The translations under genes were made by a program, and so were the position numbers. The notes beneath the pieces are model-generated. The model saw nothing but the letters and a program-made list of their open reading frames with translations, was not told the origin of the DNA and did not search any database. 64,000 nt of DNA from an uncultured Gammaproteobacteria bacterium (lineage in GTDB: Bacteria > Patescibacteriota > Patescibacteriia > SG8-24). Within the stretch, counting starts at the first letter, position 1. Each line of letters opens with the position of its first letter. The stretch spans positions 277,841-341,840 of the forward strand of contig CAZBFO010000002.1 in assembly GCA_964491475.1 (NCBI GenBank), read 5' to 3'. This document shows positions 56,523-64,000 of this stretch, one piece after another.

Positions 56523-57155
56523 ATGCTTGAACAGCTTTTTGGTTCAAAGACGCGAGTCCGACTGCTTCGGCTCTTCCTGAACAACGCCAAAGGAGCGTTC
56601 TTCGTGCGCGAGCTGTCCCGCAAAATCGGCGCCCAGATCAACGCCATCCGCAATGAGCTCGAGAACCTGGTCGACATGGGCATCATTTCGGTGGTCACCG
56701 ACGTCGATGATTCCGAGGACGAGACCAAGGGCCGCGCCAAGAACCGTCGTTCCGTGCAGCAGCGCAAGTACTACCGCCTCAACCAGGACTCCCTCCTGTA
56801 TCCCGAGCTGCGCGCCCTGTTCATGAAGTCGCAGGTGATGCTTGAAAAGGACTTCGTGCGCAAGCTGGCCTCCGCCGGCACCATCAACTACCTGGCACTC
56901 ACGGGCTTCTTCGTCAGCGAGGAACCGCTGCCCACCGACATGCTCATCGTCGGCAAGCTCAACGCCGACAAGCTGGCCAGCGTCATTCGCAACTTCGAGC
57001 GCGAAATCGGCCGCGAGGTCAACTACACGCTCTTCACCCCCCAGGAATTCCGCTACCGCCGCGACGTCACCGACCGCTTCCTCTACAGCATCCTGGAATC
57101 GCGCAAGCTGGTGGTCGTCGACACCATGTCCGACCGCGTCGGCATTCCGGCGTAA
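56523..57155 (+). CDS. Winged-helix DNA-binding protein with a C-terminal alpha/beta domain (putative transcriptional regulator)
   Basis: SKTRVRLLRLFLNNAKGAFFVRELSRKIGAQINAIRNELENLVDMGII is ArsR/MarR-like wHTH. An upstream TTGACC-17-TATACT promoter supports an ATG at 56523 rather than the GTG at 56511. Confidence 0.55.
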   Translation: MLEQLFGSKTRVRLLRLFLNNAKGAFFVRELSRKIGAQINAIRNELENLVDMGIISVVTDVDDSEDETKGRAKNRRSVQQRKYYRLNQDSLLYPELRALFMKSQVMLEKDFVRKLASAGTINYLALTGFFVSEEPLPTDMLIVGKLNADKLASVIRNFEREIGREVNYTLFTPQEFRYRRDVTDRFLYSILESRKLVVVDTMSDRVGIPA

Positions 57156-57191
57156 CACGGGAAGGCGCGGCACTCTGTGCCCTCGTATTTT

Positions 57192-57608
57192 ATGTTGCTT
57201 TATCTCGATCTCCGCCGCGACGAAGTGACGCTTGCCGCCGTCGACGCCAGGGGCGCCAAGTGGCTCGTCGTGCCCGGCGACAACATGATCGGCCGCGCGC
57301 TCGACAAGGCCAAGAAACCGTTCGGTCTGCTCCGCAAGAAGCCGACCGGCGTGGTGCTGGCCATGAACGCGCCGGGCGCGGTGCGGAACGTTTCTTGGAG
57401 CGGCGTTCGCCAAGGCGTGGCCACGGCAAACTCCCTGGCCTTCGCCTGGGGCGTGCCGGTCGCCGCCGTCGGCATCTGCGGCGACGAGTCGCGCCAAGCG
57501 CTTGCCGAGATGGCGCGCAGGGCTGCCGACGGCGCCAAGCTTGGCGAATGGGTCGGTGCGGTATACAGCGGCGAGCCGACCATTACCAAGTCGAAAAACG
57601 AATTATGA
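57192..57608 (+). CDS. tsaB: tRNA threonylcarbamoyladenosine biosynthesis protein TsaB-like (YeaZ; inactive Kae1 homolog, short)
   Basis: MLLYLDLRRDEVTLAAVDARG matches the TsaB N-terminal ASKHA motif. A bidirectional terminator follows. Confidence 0.65.
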   Translation: MLLYLDLRRDEVTLAAVDARGAKWLVVPGDNMIGRALDKAKKPFGLLRKKPTGVVLAMNAPGAVRNVSWSGVRQGVATANSLAFAWGVPVAAVGICGDESRQALAEMARRAADGAKLGEWVGAVYSGEPTITKSKNEL

Positions 57609-57636
57609 AAGACCGGACGTTTGTCCGGTCTTTTTT
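57609..57636. terminator. Bidirectional terminator between tsaB and the methyltransferase gene
   Basis: AAGACCGGAC-GTTT-GTCCGGTCTT followed by TTTTTT. Confidence 0.7.
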
Positions 57637-57639
57637 GCC

Positions 57640-58212
57640 CTACGACTTCGTCGCCTTCATCAAGAAGGCCGGGAAGAGGTTAAGCAGTTCGAACTCCAGG
57701 TGCACCGGTCCGAACGCCTCTTTCATGTACGGCATCATCAGCGGCGAGTACTGGTGGAAGATGACGAAGGTGCCTCCGGGGCGGAGCATCTTCTTGGCCG
57801 ACGCCACCACCGAGCGGCGCTCGTCTTTGGAAAGATAAGTGAAAGGGATACTGGCGATGACAGCATCGGCGTTGCCGACTGCTTCCGGCAGGTGCTTTTC
57901 CAAGTCCTGCGCCACGCCCTCGATTATGGTCAGCCGAGAATCGGTAATCTTGCGCAGGTCCGCGACGAAATGCGGATTGCGCTCGATGGCGATGACCCTG
58001 GCGTTCTGGCCCATCTTGGCCAGCACGGCCATGGTAGAAACCCCGTCGCCAGGACCAAGCTCGACCACCAGCTTGGCGCCAGCCAGATCCATCTGGCGGC
58101 ACAGGCGCTTCATCAGGAAGCCGAGGCTGGGACTGACGGCCGCGACATGCGGGTCGCCCAGCCATTTTCGAACGTAAGACGTGGGTTTGGCAGCAGAAGA
58201 TGTTGAGGGCAT
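57640..58212 (-). CDS. Class I SAM-dependent methyltransferase
   Basis: Motif I VVELGPGDGVSTMAV, motif II RVIAIERNP and post-I acidic motif. Start chosen at MPSTSS; the ORF extends to 58371. Confidence 0.7.
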   Translation of the reverse strand: MPSTSSAAKPTSYVRKWLGDPHVAAVSPSLGFLMKRLCRQMDLAGAKLVVELGPGDGVSTMAVLAKMGQNARVIAIERNPHFVADLRKITDSRLTIIEGVAQDLEKHLPEAVGNADAVIASIPFTYLSKDERRSVVASAKKMLRPGGTFVIFHQYSPLMMPYMKEAFGPVHLEFELLNLFPAFLMKATKS

Positions 58213-58304
58213 AAGAGGGAGATGACCGGAGTGTAGCGGAAGCCTCGTTTGCCGTCGAGCCTTTGAGCCTGTGTTTTCCGAATGCGGCGCGGTACACTGC
58301 AGCC

Positions 58305-58931
58305 ATGTCCTGGTTCTACCAGCCCAAACGACCCGTGGCCACCAAGCGAAACGGCACCATGATGCTGTCACGCTTCCTTGGCGTCTGGACGCTGTGGGGA
58401 CATGACGGCACCCATCAGGCGTCGCAGTACATGAACGTGGTGTGGAGCAAGATCGTGCGTCATCTGCGTCGTGAATACGGCGAATTCGAACCGCGCCGAT
58501 GCCTGATTTTGGGCGTGGCCATGGGCGCCACCTTCGGCATCGTCCAAAAGGCCTGGCCCGACGCCGACGTCGTCGGCATCGATTGGGAGCCGGATCTCTT
58601 CGCGCTCGGAAAAAAGCTCGGCATCTTCCGTCCCGGCCCGCGCCTGACGTTCGTCGAGGGCGATGCCGCCGTCGAGGTGCCGAAACTCGAAGGTAAGTTC
58701 GACTTGGTCATCGTCGACCTTTTCAACGGCCATCGCGTGGCCGATGTCGTCGCGCAAAACGGCTTCCGTGCGGCACTGACGGATCATTTGGCCGAAGGGG
58801 GCGTATTGGCGCTGAACTGCTACGACCAGCGACAGTTCCTCGAAGAGTGGCCGCCGCAGCTCCGTCAGCCGACGCTCGTCCGGCACGAGGCCAACACCAT
58901 CGGCATCTTCGGTTCCTCGGAGCGAACCTAG
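58305..58931 (+). CDS. Spermidine-synthase-like / class I methyltransferase-fold protein
   Basis: ILGVAMGATFGIV...VVGIDWEPDLFALGKK...FDLVIVDLFNGH resembles spermine/spermidine synthase family proteins. Confidence 0.55.
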   Translation: MSWFYQPKRPVATKRNGTMMLSRFLGVWTLWGHDGTHQASQYMNVVWSKIVRHLRREYGEFEPRRCLILGVAMGATFGIVQKAWPDADVVGIDWEPDLFALGKKLGIFRPGPRLTFVEGDAAVEVPKLEGKFDLVIVDLFNGHRVADVVAQNGFRAALTDHLAEGGVLALNCYDQRQFLEEWPPQLRQPTLVRHEANTIGIFGSSERT

Positions 58932-59002
58932 GAGCGTCGGGACCATTGATAGTACGGGGGATTGCTGCTATGGTGACCAGCGACGCGCAGGGCGTTTTTT
59001 CT

Positions 59003-60556
59003 ATGGAAGACAGCCCTCAATCAAGCCAAAATCAGCCGATGGTCCGCAGCGACGAAGAAGGCCGTCGGCGCATCGGCAACCGTGCCTACCGCCTCTTGGA
59101 AATGATCCCGGGCACCGCCGTCTGGGCGACGTTGGTCGTGGCGGTACTTTTGTCGTTCCTGTATCCGATCGTCGCCATCTATTTCATCATCGTCTTCGAC
59201 CTGTTCTGGCTGTTCCGCGTCTGCTACTTCGTCATCTTCCTGATGACTTCGTGGCGGCGCTATCAGCGCGACATCCGTACCGACTGGACCTCGCTTGCGA
59301 CAGGTCACCCGCGCTACGGTCAGATGCACCACCTGATCTTCATGCCCACCTACAAGGAGGACGTGGAAATCATCCGCCAGGCGTTCCGCAGCATCGCCTA
59401 CTCGTCCTACCCGGGAATGAAGGAACGGTTCATCGTGGTGCTGGCGGGCGAGGAACGCGCCAAGGAGCAGTTCATGGCCACCGCTGCGGAAATCGAAAAG
59501 GAGTTCGCCGCCGGCTTTTTGAAGCTGCTCGTGACCGTGCACCCCAAGGACTTGCCGAACGAGATGCCGGGCAAGGGTTCGAACATCAACTGGGCCGGCC
59601 ATCGCGCCAAGGAGCTCGTCGATCAGCTGGGCCTTCCGTACGAGAACGTCATCGTCTCTTCTTTTGACGTGGACACGCAGGTGCATCCGCAGTACTTCTC
59701 CTGCCTCACCTTCAAGTACCTGACGCATCCCCACCCGACGCGCTCGTCGTTCCAGCCCATCGCGCTGTACAACAACAACATGTGGGACGCGCCCGCGCTG
59801 ATACGCGTGGCCGCCTTCGGCACCACCTTCTGGCTGATGACCGAGCTGACCCGTCCCGAGCGCCTGTTCACCTTCTCGTCGCACAGCATGTCGTTCAAGG
59901 CGCTGGTCGACGTCGGTTTCTGGCAGAAGGACATCGTCACCGAAGACTCGCGCATTTTCCTGCAATGCCTCCTCAAGTATGACGGCGACTATTCCGTGAC
60001 GCCGATGCACGTGCCGGTCTCGATGGACACGGTCATGGCCGACACCTGGAGCCGCAGCCTCAAGAACCTGTACCTGCAGCAGCGGCGCTGGGCCTGGGGA
60101 GTGGAGCACTTCCCGTACCTGATGAGCCGCTTCTGGAAGAACAAGACCTTCCCGCTCCGCAAGAAGATATTCCACGTGTGGACCTTGTCGGAAGGCATGT
60201 ATACTTGGGCCACCGCCCCGCTGATGATTTTCATTCTCGGCTACCTGCCCTTCTGGGTGGCGCCGGAAGCCATTCGTACCTCGGTGTTCTTCCAGAACAC
60301 GCCGCACACCCTGGAACGGCTGATGCAGTTCGCCATGATCGGCGGCTTTACCTCGGCGGCGTTGAGCTTCACGCTGCTGCCGTCGCGGCCGCAGCACAAG
60401 CGGAGCCACGACATGCTGGTGATGCTGCTGCAATGGCTGCTGGTGCCCATCACCTTCATCGGTTTCGGCTCTTTTCCGGCTATAGATGCGCAGACCAAGC
60501 TCATGCTCGGAAAATATCTCGGCTTTAACGTCACGGAAAAGAAGCGCAAGACCTGA
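59003..60556 (+). CDS. Membrane-embedded family-2 glycosyltransferase (cellulose-synthase-like processive GT2)
   Basis: N-terminal TM helices, a GT-A domain (FMPTYKEDVEIIRQAF...SFDVDTQ) and a QQRRWAWG (QxxRW) motif followed by C-terminal TM helices. Alternative starts at 58969 and 59039. Confidence 0.8.
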   Translation: MEDSPQSSQNQPMVRSDEEGRRRIGNRAYRLLEMIPGTAVWATLVVAVLLSFLYPIVAIYFIIVFDLFWLFRVCYFVIFLMTSWRRYQRDIRTDWTSLATGHPRYGQMHHLIFMPTYKEDVEIIRQAFRSIAYSSYPGMKERFIVVLAGEERAKEQFMATAAEIEKEFAAGFLKLLVTVHPKDLPNEMPGKGSNINWAGHRAKELVDQLGLPYENVIVSSFDVDTQVHPQYFSCLTFKYLTHPHPTRSSFQPIALYNNNMWDAPALIRVAAFGTTFWLMTELTRPERLFTFSSHSMSFKALVDVGFWQKDIVTEDSRIFLQCLLKYDGDYSVTPMHVPVSMDTVMADTWSRSLKNLYLQQRRWAWGVEHFPYLMSRFWKNKTFPLRKKIFHVWTLSEGMYTWATAPLMIFILGYLPFWVAPEAIRTSVFFQNTPHTLERLMQFAMIGGFTSAALSFTLLPSRPQHKRSHDMLVMLLQWLLVPITFIGFGSFPAIDAQTKLMLGKYLGFNVTEKKRKT

Positions 60557-60557
60557 T

Positions 60558-61616
60558 ATGCATGTCGTCATCTCCATCGTCGCCTGGAACAGCATGAAGT
60601 ACCTGCCGGAAGCGCTCGGTTCGCTTGATACGCAGACGTATCGCGACTTCACGCTGGTCGTGGTGGACAATGCCTCGGCAGACGGGGTCGAGGAATACGT
60701 GCGCGGCCACCATCCGCGCGCCGCCATCATCCGCAACACCAAGAACCTCGGCTTCGCCCGCGCCCACAACCAGGCCATCGCCTACGCCAGGGCGCGCATC
60801 GCGCCCGAACGCGGCGACTTGCTGATGCTGGTGATGAATCCCGACGCGGTGCTCGAACCGACCTTCCTCGAGGAGGCCGTGCGCACCATGACGCTGCATC
60901 CCGAGGCGGGAAGCGTGTCGGGCAAGCTGCTGCGCATGCGGCATTCGACGGACGAGATGGCCACCGGCGGCGAGAAAACCTCCGTCATCGACTCGGCCGG
61001 CCTGCGCATCCGCAAGACGCGCCGCATGGACGACCGCGGGGCAGGGGAGCAGGACGGCTCCGATTACGGCAAGGCCCGCGAGATTTTCGGCCCGTCCGGC
61101 GCCTTGGGCCTTTACCGCCTGTCCGCATTGGAGTCGGTAGCCTTTCCCGTCGGCAAGAACGGCGGCAACCGCGAGGAATACTTCGATGAGGATTTTTTCG
61201 CCTACAAGGAAGACCTCGATTTGGCTTGGCGCCTGCGCCTGGCCGGTTGGAGCTCTTTGTTTGAGCCGCGCGCCCTGGCCTACCACTACCGCACGGCCCG
61301 CGGCAAGGACAAGGCGTCGTACTTTTCGCTCGGCAAGAACCGCCGCGGACGTTCGCCTTTCGTGAAGTTCCTGTCGTACCGCAACCACTGGCTGGTGCTC
61401 ACCAAAAACGACCACTTCGTGAACCGCCTGATTGACTTGCCGCGCATCGCGTGGTATGAGACGGGAAAGTTCCTGTATGCCCTGCTGCTCGAACCGAGCA
61501 CGTTGAAGTCCATTCCTTCGGCGCTGGCCCTGTGGCCGAAGATGCGCCGCAAGCGCGCCTTCATCATGAAGTCGGCCCGAGTCTCGGCCAAGGACATTCG
61601 AAAATGGTTTGCCTGA
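60558..61616 (+). CDS. Family-2 glycosyltransferase (GT-A fold)
   Basis: VVISIVAWNSMKYLPEALGSL...FTLVVVDNASADG...NLGFARAHNQA has a DxD-type architecture. The ATG lies 2 nt after the upstream stop. Confidence 0.85.
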   Translation: MHVVISIVAWNSMKYLPEALGSLDTQTYRDFTLVVVDNASADGVEEYVRGHHPRAAIIRNTKNLGFARAHNQAIAYARARIAPERGDLLMLVMNPDAVLEPTFLEEAVRTMTLHPEAGSVSGKLLRMRHSTDEMATGGEKTSVIDSAGLRIRKTRRMDDRGAGEQDGSDYGKAREIFGPSGALGLYRLSALESVAFPVGKNGGNREEYFDEDFFAYKEDLDLAWRLRLAGWSSLFEPRALAYHYRTARGKDKASYFSLGKNRRGRSPFVKFLSYRNHWLVLTKNDHFVNRLIDLPRIAWYETGKFLYALLLEPSTLKSIPSALALWPKMRRKRAFIMKSARVSAKDIRKWFA

Positions 61617-61618
61617 AC

Positions 61619-62467
61619 ATGGACCTGTCGATCATCATCCTCAACTACAAGAGCCGCGGACTGGTGCGCCAGTGCGTAAAGACCATCGAGCTGTACGCTC
61701 CCAAGCGTTCATACGAAGTCATCGTCGTGGACAACGACTCCAAGGACGGCACGGCAGAAATGCTCGCCGCGTATTTTCCTGCCGAAAAGTTTCCGCACGT
61801 GCGCTTCATCCAGACCGGCGCCAACCTCGGTTTCGCCGCCGGCAACAACGTCGGCATCCGGGCCTCGAGCGGCAAGTACGTCATGATCATGAATCCGGAC
61901 ATCACCGTGCGCCCGGGCTCGATTGACGAGATGCTGCGCTTCATGGACGCGCACCAGGACGTCGGCGTGGCCGGTCCCAAGCTGGTCCATCCGGACGGCT
62001 CGATCGACCATTCCTGCTACCGCTTTCCCACGCCGGCCATTCCGGTGTATCGCCGCACGCCGCTCGGCAAGCTGCCGATGGGCAGGCGCGCCGTGGCCGA
62101 CTACCTGATGGAGGACTACGACCATGAGACCACCTGCGACGTCGATTGGCTGCTGGGCGCCGTGCTGACCGTGCGCCGCGCGGCGCTCGACGCCGTCGGC
62201 CTGCTCGACGAGCAGTACTTCCTCTACTTCGAGGACACCGACTGGTGCCGCCGTTTCTGGAACGCCGGTTGGCGCGTGGTGTATCACACCGGCGCGAACA
62301 TGGTACACTTCCACGAGAGGCTCTCCGCGCAGGGGAGCTGGATCACCTCGCCGTTCCGCAAGTCCACGCGCATCCACATCGAGAGCTGCCTGAAGTACTT
62401 CAGGAAGTGGAACGCCGCAAACGACAAGGCGGCGCTGCGGCTGGCGAAGGAAAAACAAACGGCATGA
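61619..62467 (+). CDS. Family-2 glycosyltransferase (GT-A fold)
   Basis: LSIIILNYKSRGLVRQCV...VIVVDNDSKDGT...NLGFAAGNNVG. The ATG lies 3 nt after the upstream stop. Confidence 0.85.
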   Translation: MDLSIIILNYKSRGLVRQCVKTIELYAPKRSYEVIVVDNDSKDGTAEMLAAYFPAEKFPHVRFIQTGANLGFAAGNNVGIRASSGKYVMIMNPDITVRPGSIDEMLRFMDAHQDVGVAGPKLVHPDGSIDHSCYRFPTPAIPVYRRTPLGKLPMGRRAVADYLMEDYDHETTCDVDWLLGAVLTVRRAALDAVGLLDEQYFLYFEDTDWCRRFWNAGWRVVYHTGANMVHFHERLSAQGSWITSPFRKSTRIHIESCLKYFRKWNAANDKAALRLAKEKQTA

Positions 62468-62509
62468 GGCGGCGGGGTACCCGTGCCTCGTGCGCGACGC
62501 GCCCGTCCC

Positions 62510-64000
62510 ATGCCCCACCATCATCACAATTTTCTCACGGCCGGATCGACGAAGCCCCGCCGCATGCACCCCGCCGTGCGCGGTACGGTCATCGCCTTCG
62601 TGATTCTGGCTGCCGTCGTCGGCGTCACGGTGCTGCTCGTGGCGCCGTTTTGGTACGTGAGCGAGCGCGTGTATTCGCGCGCCGAACAAGGCAAGCGCGA
62701 GCTGGACGCGGCGCAGAGGCTGGCCGGCGGCTTGCGTTTCGCCGAGGCCGCCAAGCAAGTCGCGGCGGCCGAGCAGGACTTCGCCGCCGCGCAAGCGGAA
62801 CTGTCGCGCCTGCAGCCGCTGACGGGCCTGCCGTTCATCGGGCCGCACGTCGTCGCCGGCGACCGGCTGCTGGCTTCGGGCATCGCCGCATCGCATGCGG
62901 TGGGCGACGTGCTCGGCGTCGCGGACGCCATGACCGCCACCTTGGCCGAGACTGAAGGCTTGAGCGGCGCGCTCACGGGATCGCTGCCCGATGCCGCCAA
63001 GCTGTTCAAGGACTTGGCCCCCGAGCAGAAACGCAAGGTGCTGGCCGCCTTTGCCGGCGGCGTGCCGGCGATGCGCGACGCATTGGAAAAAATCGACGCG
63101 TCCATCTCGTCCTTTGACGACATCCCGCAGGACGACATCGCCGCTTCGGTTTCCGCCGCGCTGCAGCCCATGCGTCCCAAGCTGGTCGCCATCCGTGACG
63201 CGCTGTCGCTGCTGTTGCCCGTCGCCGAGAAGGCGCCGGCGGTGCTCGGCTATCCCGAAGCGCGCCATTACCTGTTCTTCTTCCAGAACGACACCGAGCT
63301 GCGTCCGACGGGAGGATTCCTCGGCGTGTACGGCCTGGCGACCGTGAAGGATGCCGATCTGGCCGACATCGCCACCGATGACGTCTACTCCCTCGACGGC
63401 CCGGCGGATGCCGGACCGCGGCCGGCGCCGCCCGCGCCCGTCCAGAAGTACCTCGGCGTGTCCAAGTGGTTCCTGCGCGACGCCAACTGGTCGCCGGACT
63501 TCGTGACGTCCTCCAGGCAGATGGCGCAGTTCTTCGCCCAGGAGTATGCCGCGGCCAGGAAGGCCGACGCGCCGCCCATCGACGGCATGTTCACCGTCGA
63601 CACCGAAGTCGCGCGCGACCTGCTGCGCATCACCGGCCCGATCGTCGTGCAGGGCAAGACCTTCAACGCCGATAACGTGGTCGACGAGCTGGAGTTCGCC
63701 GTCGAGAAGGGCTTCGTGAAGGAAGGCGTGGCCTACGAGGCGCGCAAGGGCATCGTCGGCGAGCTGGTGAAAGAGGTGATCGGCCGGCTGGAGTCGATGC
63801 CGCTGGAAAAACTGCTCGGCGCGCTCGACGTCGTCAAGCGCAACCTCCAGGAAAAGCACATCCTGCTGGCGATGCGCGATTCCGATCTCGAAGGCTCCAT
63901 TCTCGACAGGCGCTGGGGCGGCAAGCTTCTGCCCGTGCAGGCCGATTACCTGTCGGTCATCGACGCCAACCTGGCGAGCCTCAAGACCGACCCTTCGGTG
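62510..64000 (+). CDS. DUF4012-domain protein (a family associated with polysaccharide biosynthesis loci); 5' part, continuing past the window end
   Basis: N-terminal TM helix, a coiled region and the DUF4012 hallmark YLFFFQNDTELRPTGGFLGVYGL. The frame stays open to nt 64000 and GC3 is high. Confidence 0.75.
   Translation, partial: MPHHHHNFLTAGSTKPRRMHPAVRGTVIAFVILAAVVGVTVLLVAPFWYVSERVYSRAEQGKRELDAAQRLAGGLRFAEAAKQVAAAEQDFAAAQAELSRLQPLTGLPFIGPHVVAGDRLLASGIAASHAVGDVLGVADAMTATLAETEGLSGALTGSLPDAAKLFKDLAPEQKRKVLAAFAGGVPAMRDALEKIDASISSFDDIPQDDIAASVSAALQPMRPKLVAIRDALSLLLPVAEKAPAVLGYPEARHYLFFFQNDTELRPTGGFLGVYGLATVKDADLADIATDDVYSLDGPADAGPRPAPPAPVQKYLGVSKWFLRDANWSPDFVTSSRQMAQFFAQEYAAARKADAPPIDGMFTVDTEVARDLLRITGPIVVQGKTFNADNVVDELEFAVEKGFVKEGVAYEARKGIVGELVKEVIGRLESMPLEKLLGALDVVKRNLQEKHILLAMRDSDLEGSILDRRWGGKLLPVQADYLSVIDANLASLKTDPSV

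Noticed and set aside
58969-59002. Upstream alternative start (ATG 58969) for the membrane GT2 gene
   Set aside because: That ATG lies inside the TGCTATGGT -10-like element. The ATG at 59003 is more consistent with the promoter position, although the true start remains uncertain.
61709-63859. 716-aa ORF on the - strand
   Set aside because: It lies antisense to the GT2 and DUF4012 genes. The + frame contains the DUF4012 hallmark FQNDTELRPTGGFLGVYG and high GC3.

Overview
This is a high-GC (about 65%), densely coding bacterial window with roughly 59 protein genes. Predicted genes are mostly on the + strand, and the opposite strand carries long antisense 'shadow' ORFs that are artefacts of the base composition. 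Genes with clear homology families include the following. DNA repair and nucleases: nth, uvrD/pcrA-type helicase, mutY-like glycosylase, xseA/xseB, a TM0106 RecB-like nuclease. Central metabolism and translation: metK, pgi, a cyclophilin PPIase, pyrH (archaeal-type UMP kinase), rplJ-rplL, tsaB, tRNA-dihydrouridine synthase. Cell envelope: mltG, a PAP2 phosphatase, manC (mannose-1-phosphate guanylyltransferase), three family-2 glycosyltransferases, a DUF4012 protein, GerMN, Kelch and TPR proteins. Transport: an ABC-2 exporter, a MacA/MacB/FtsX-type efflux system with two separate permeases, an AI-2E transporter. Regulation: an ECF sigma factor with a co-transcribed membrane protein, and a membrane-anchored PP2C-like phosphatase fused to a beta-propeller. 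The most unusual content is fourfold. (1) Three paralogous giant cell-surface proteins combine thrombospondin type-1-like Cys/Trp repeats, thrombospondin type-3-like Asp-rich calcium-binding repeats, tandem Ig-like domains, a conserved Cys-rich module and a C-terminal TM anchor with a proline-rich tail; one is chimeric with a polytopic membrane domain and a pilin-like domain. (2) An isolated 636-aa protein has a complete calcineurin-type metallophosphoesterase domain behind a 330-aa N-terminal region I could not assign to any family. (3) A 165-bp element directly after the rplL terminator has perfect 39-bp terminal inverted repeats enclosing two internal hairpins (MITE-like). (4) A structured G-run/C-run spacer separates xseA from xseB. 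Twelve genes are preceded by a TG(C/G)TAYAMT extended -10 element at short-leader or leaderless distance; eight of these are annotated as features. There are many canonical rho-independent terminators, several bidirectional between convergent genes. Archaeal-type PyrH, a short MetK, a putative type II pantothenate kinase and TM-anchored adhesins weakly suggest a streamlined monoderm lineage, possibly Patescibacteria-like; this is inference only. No rRNA, tRNA or CRISPR array was found. Manually derived coordinates for non-CDS features may be off by 1-2 nt.
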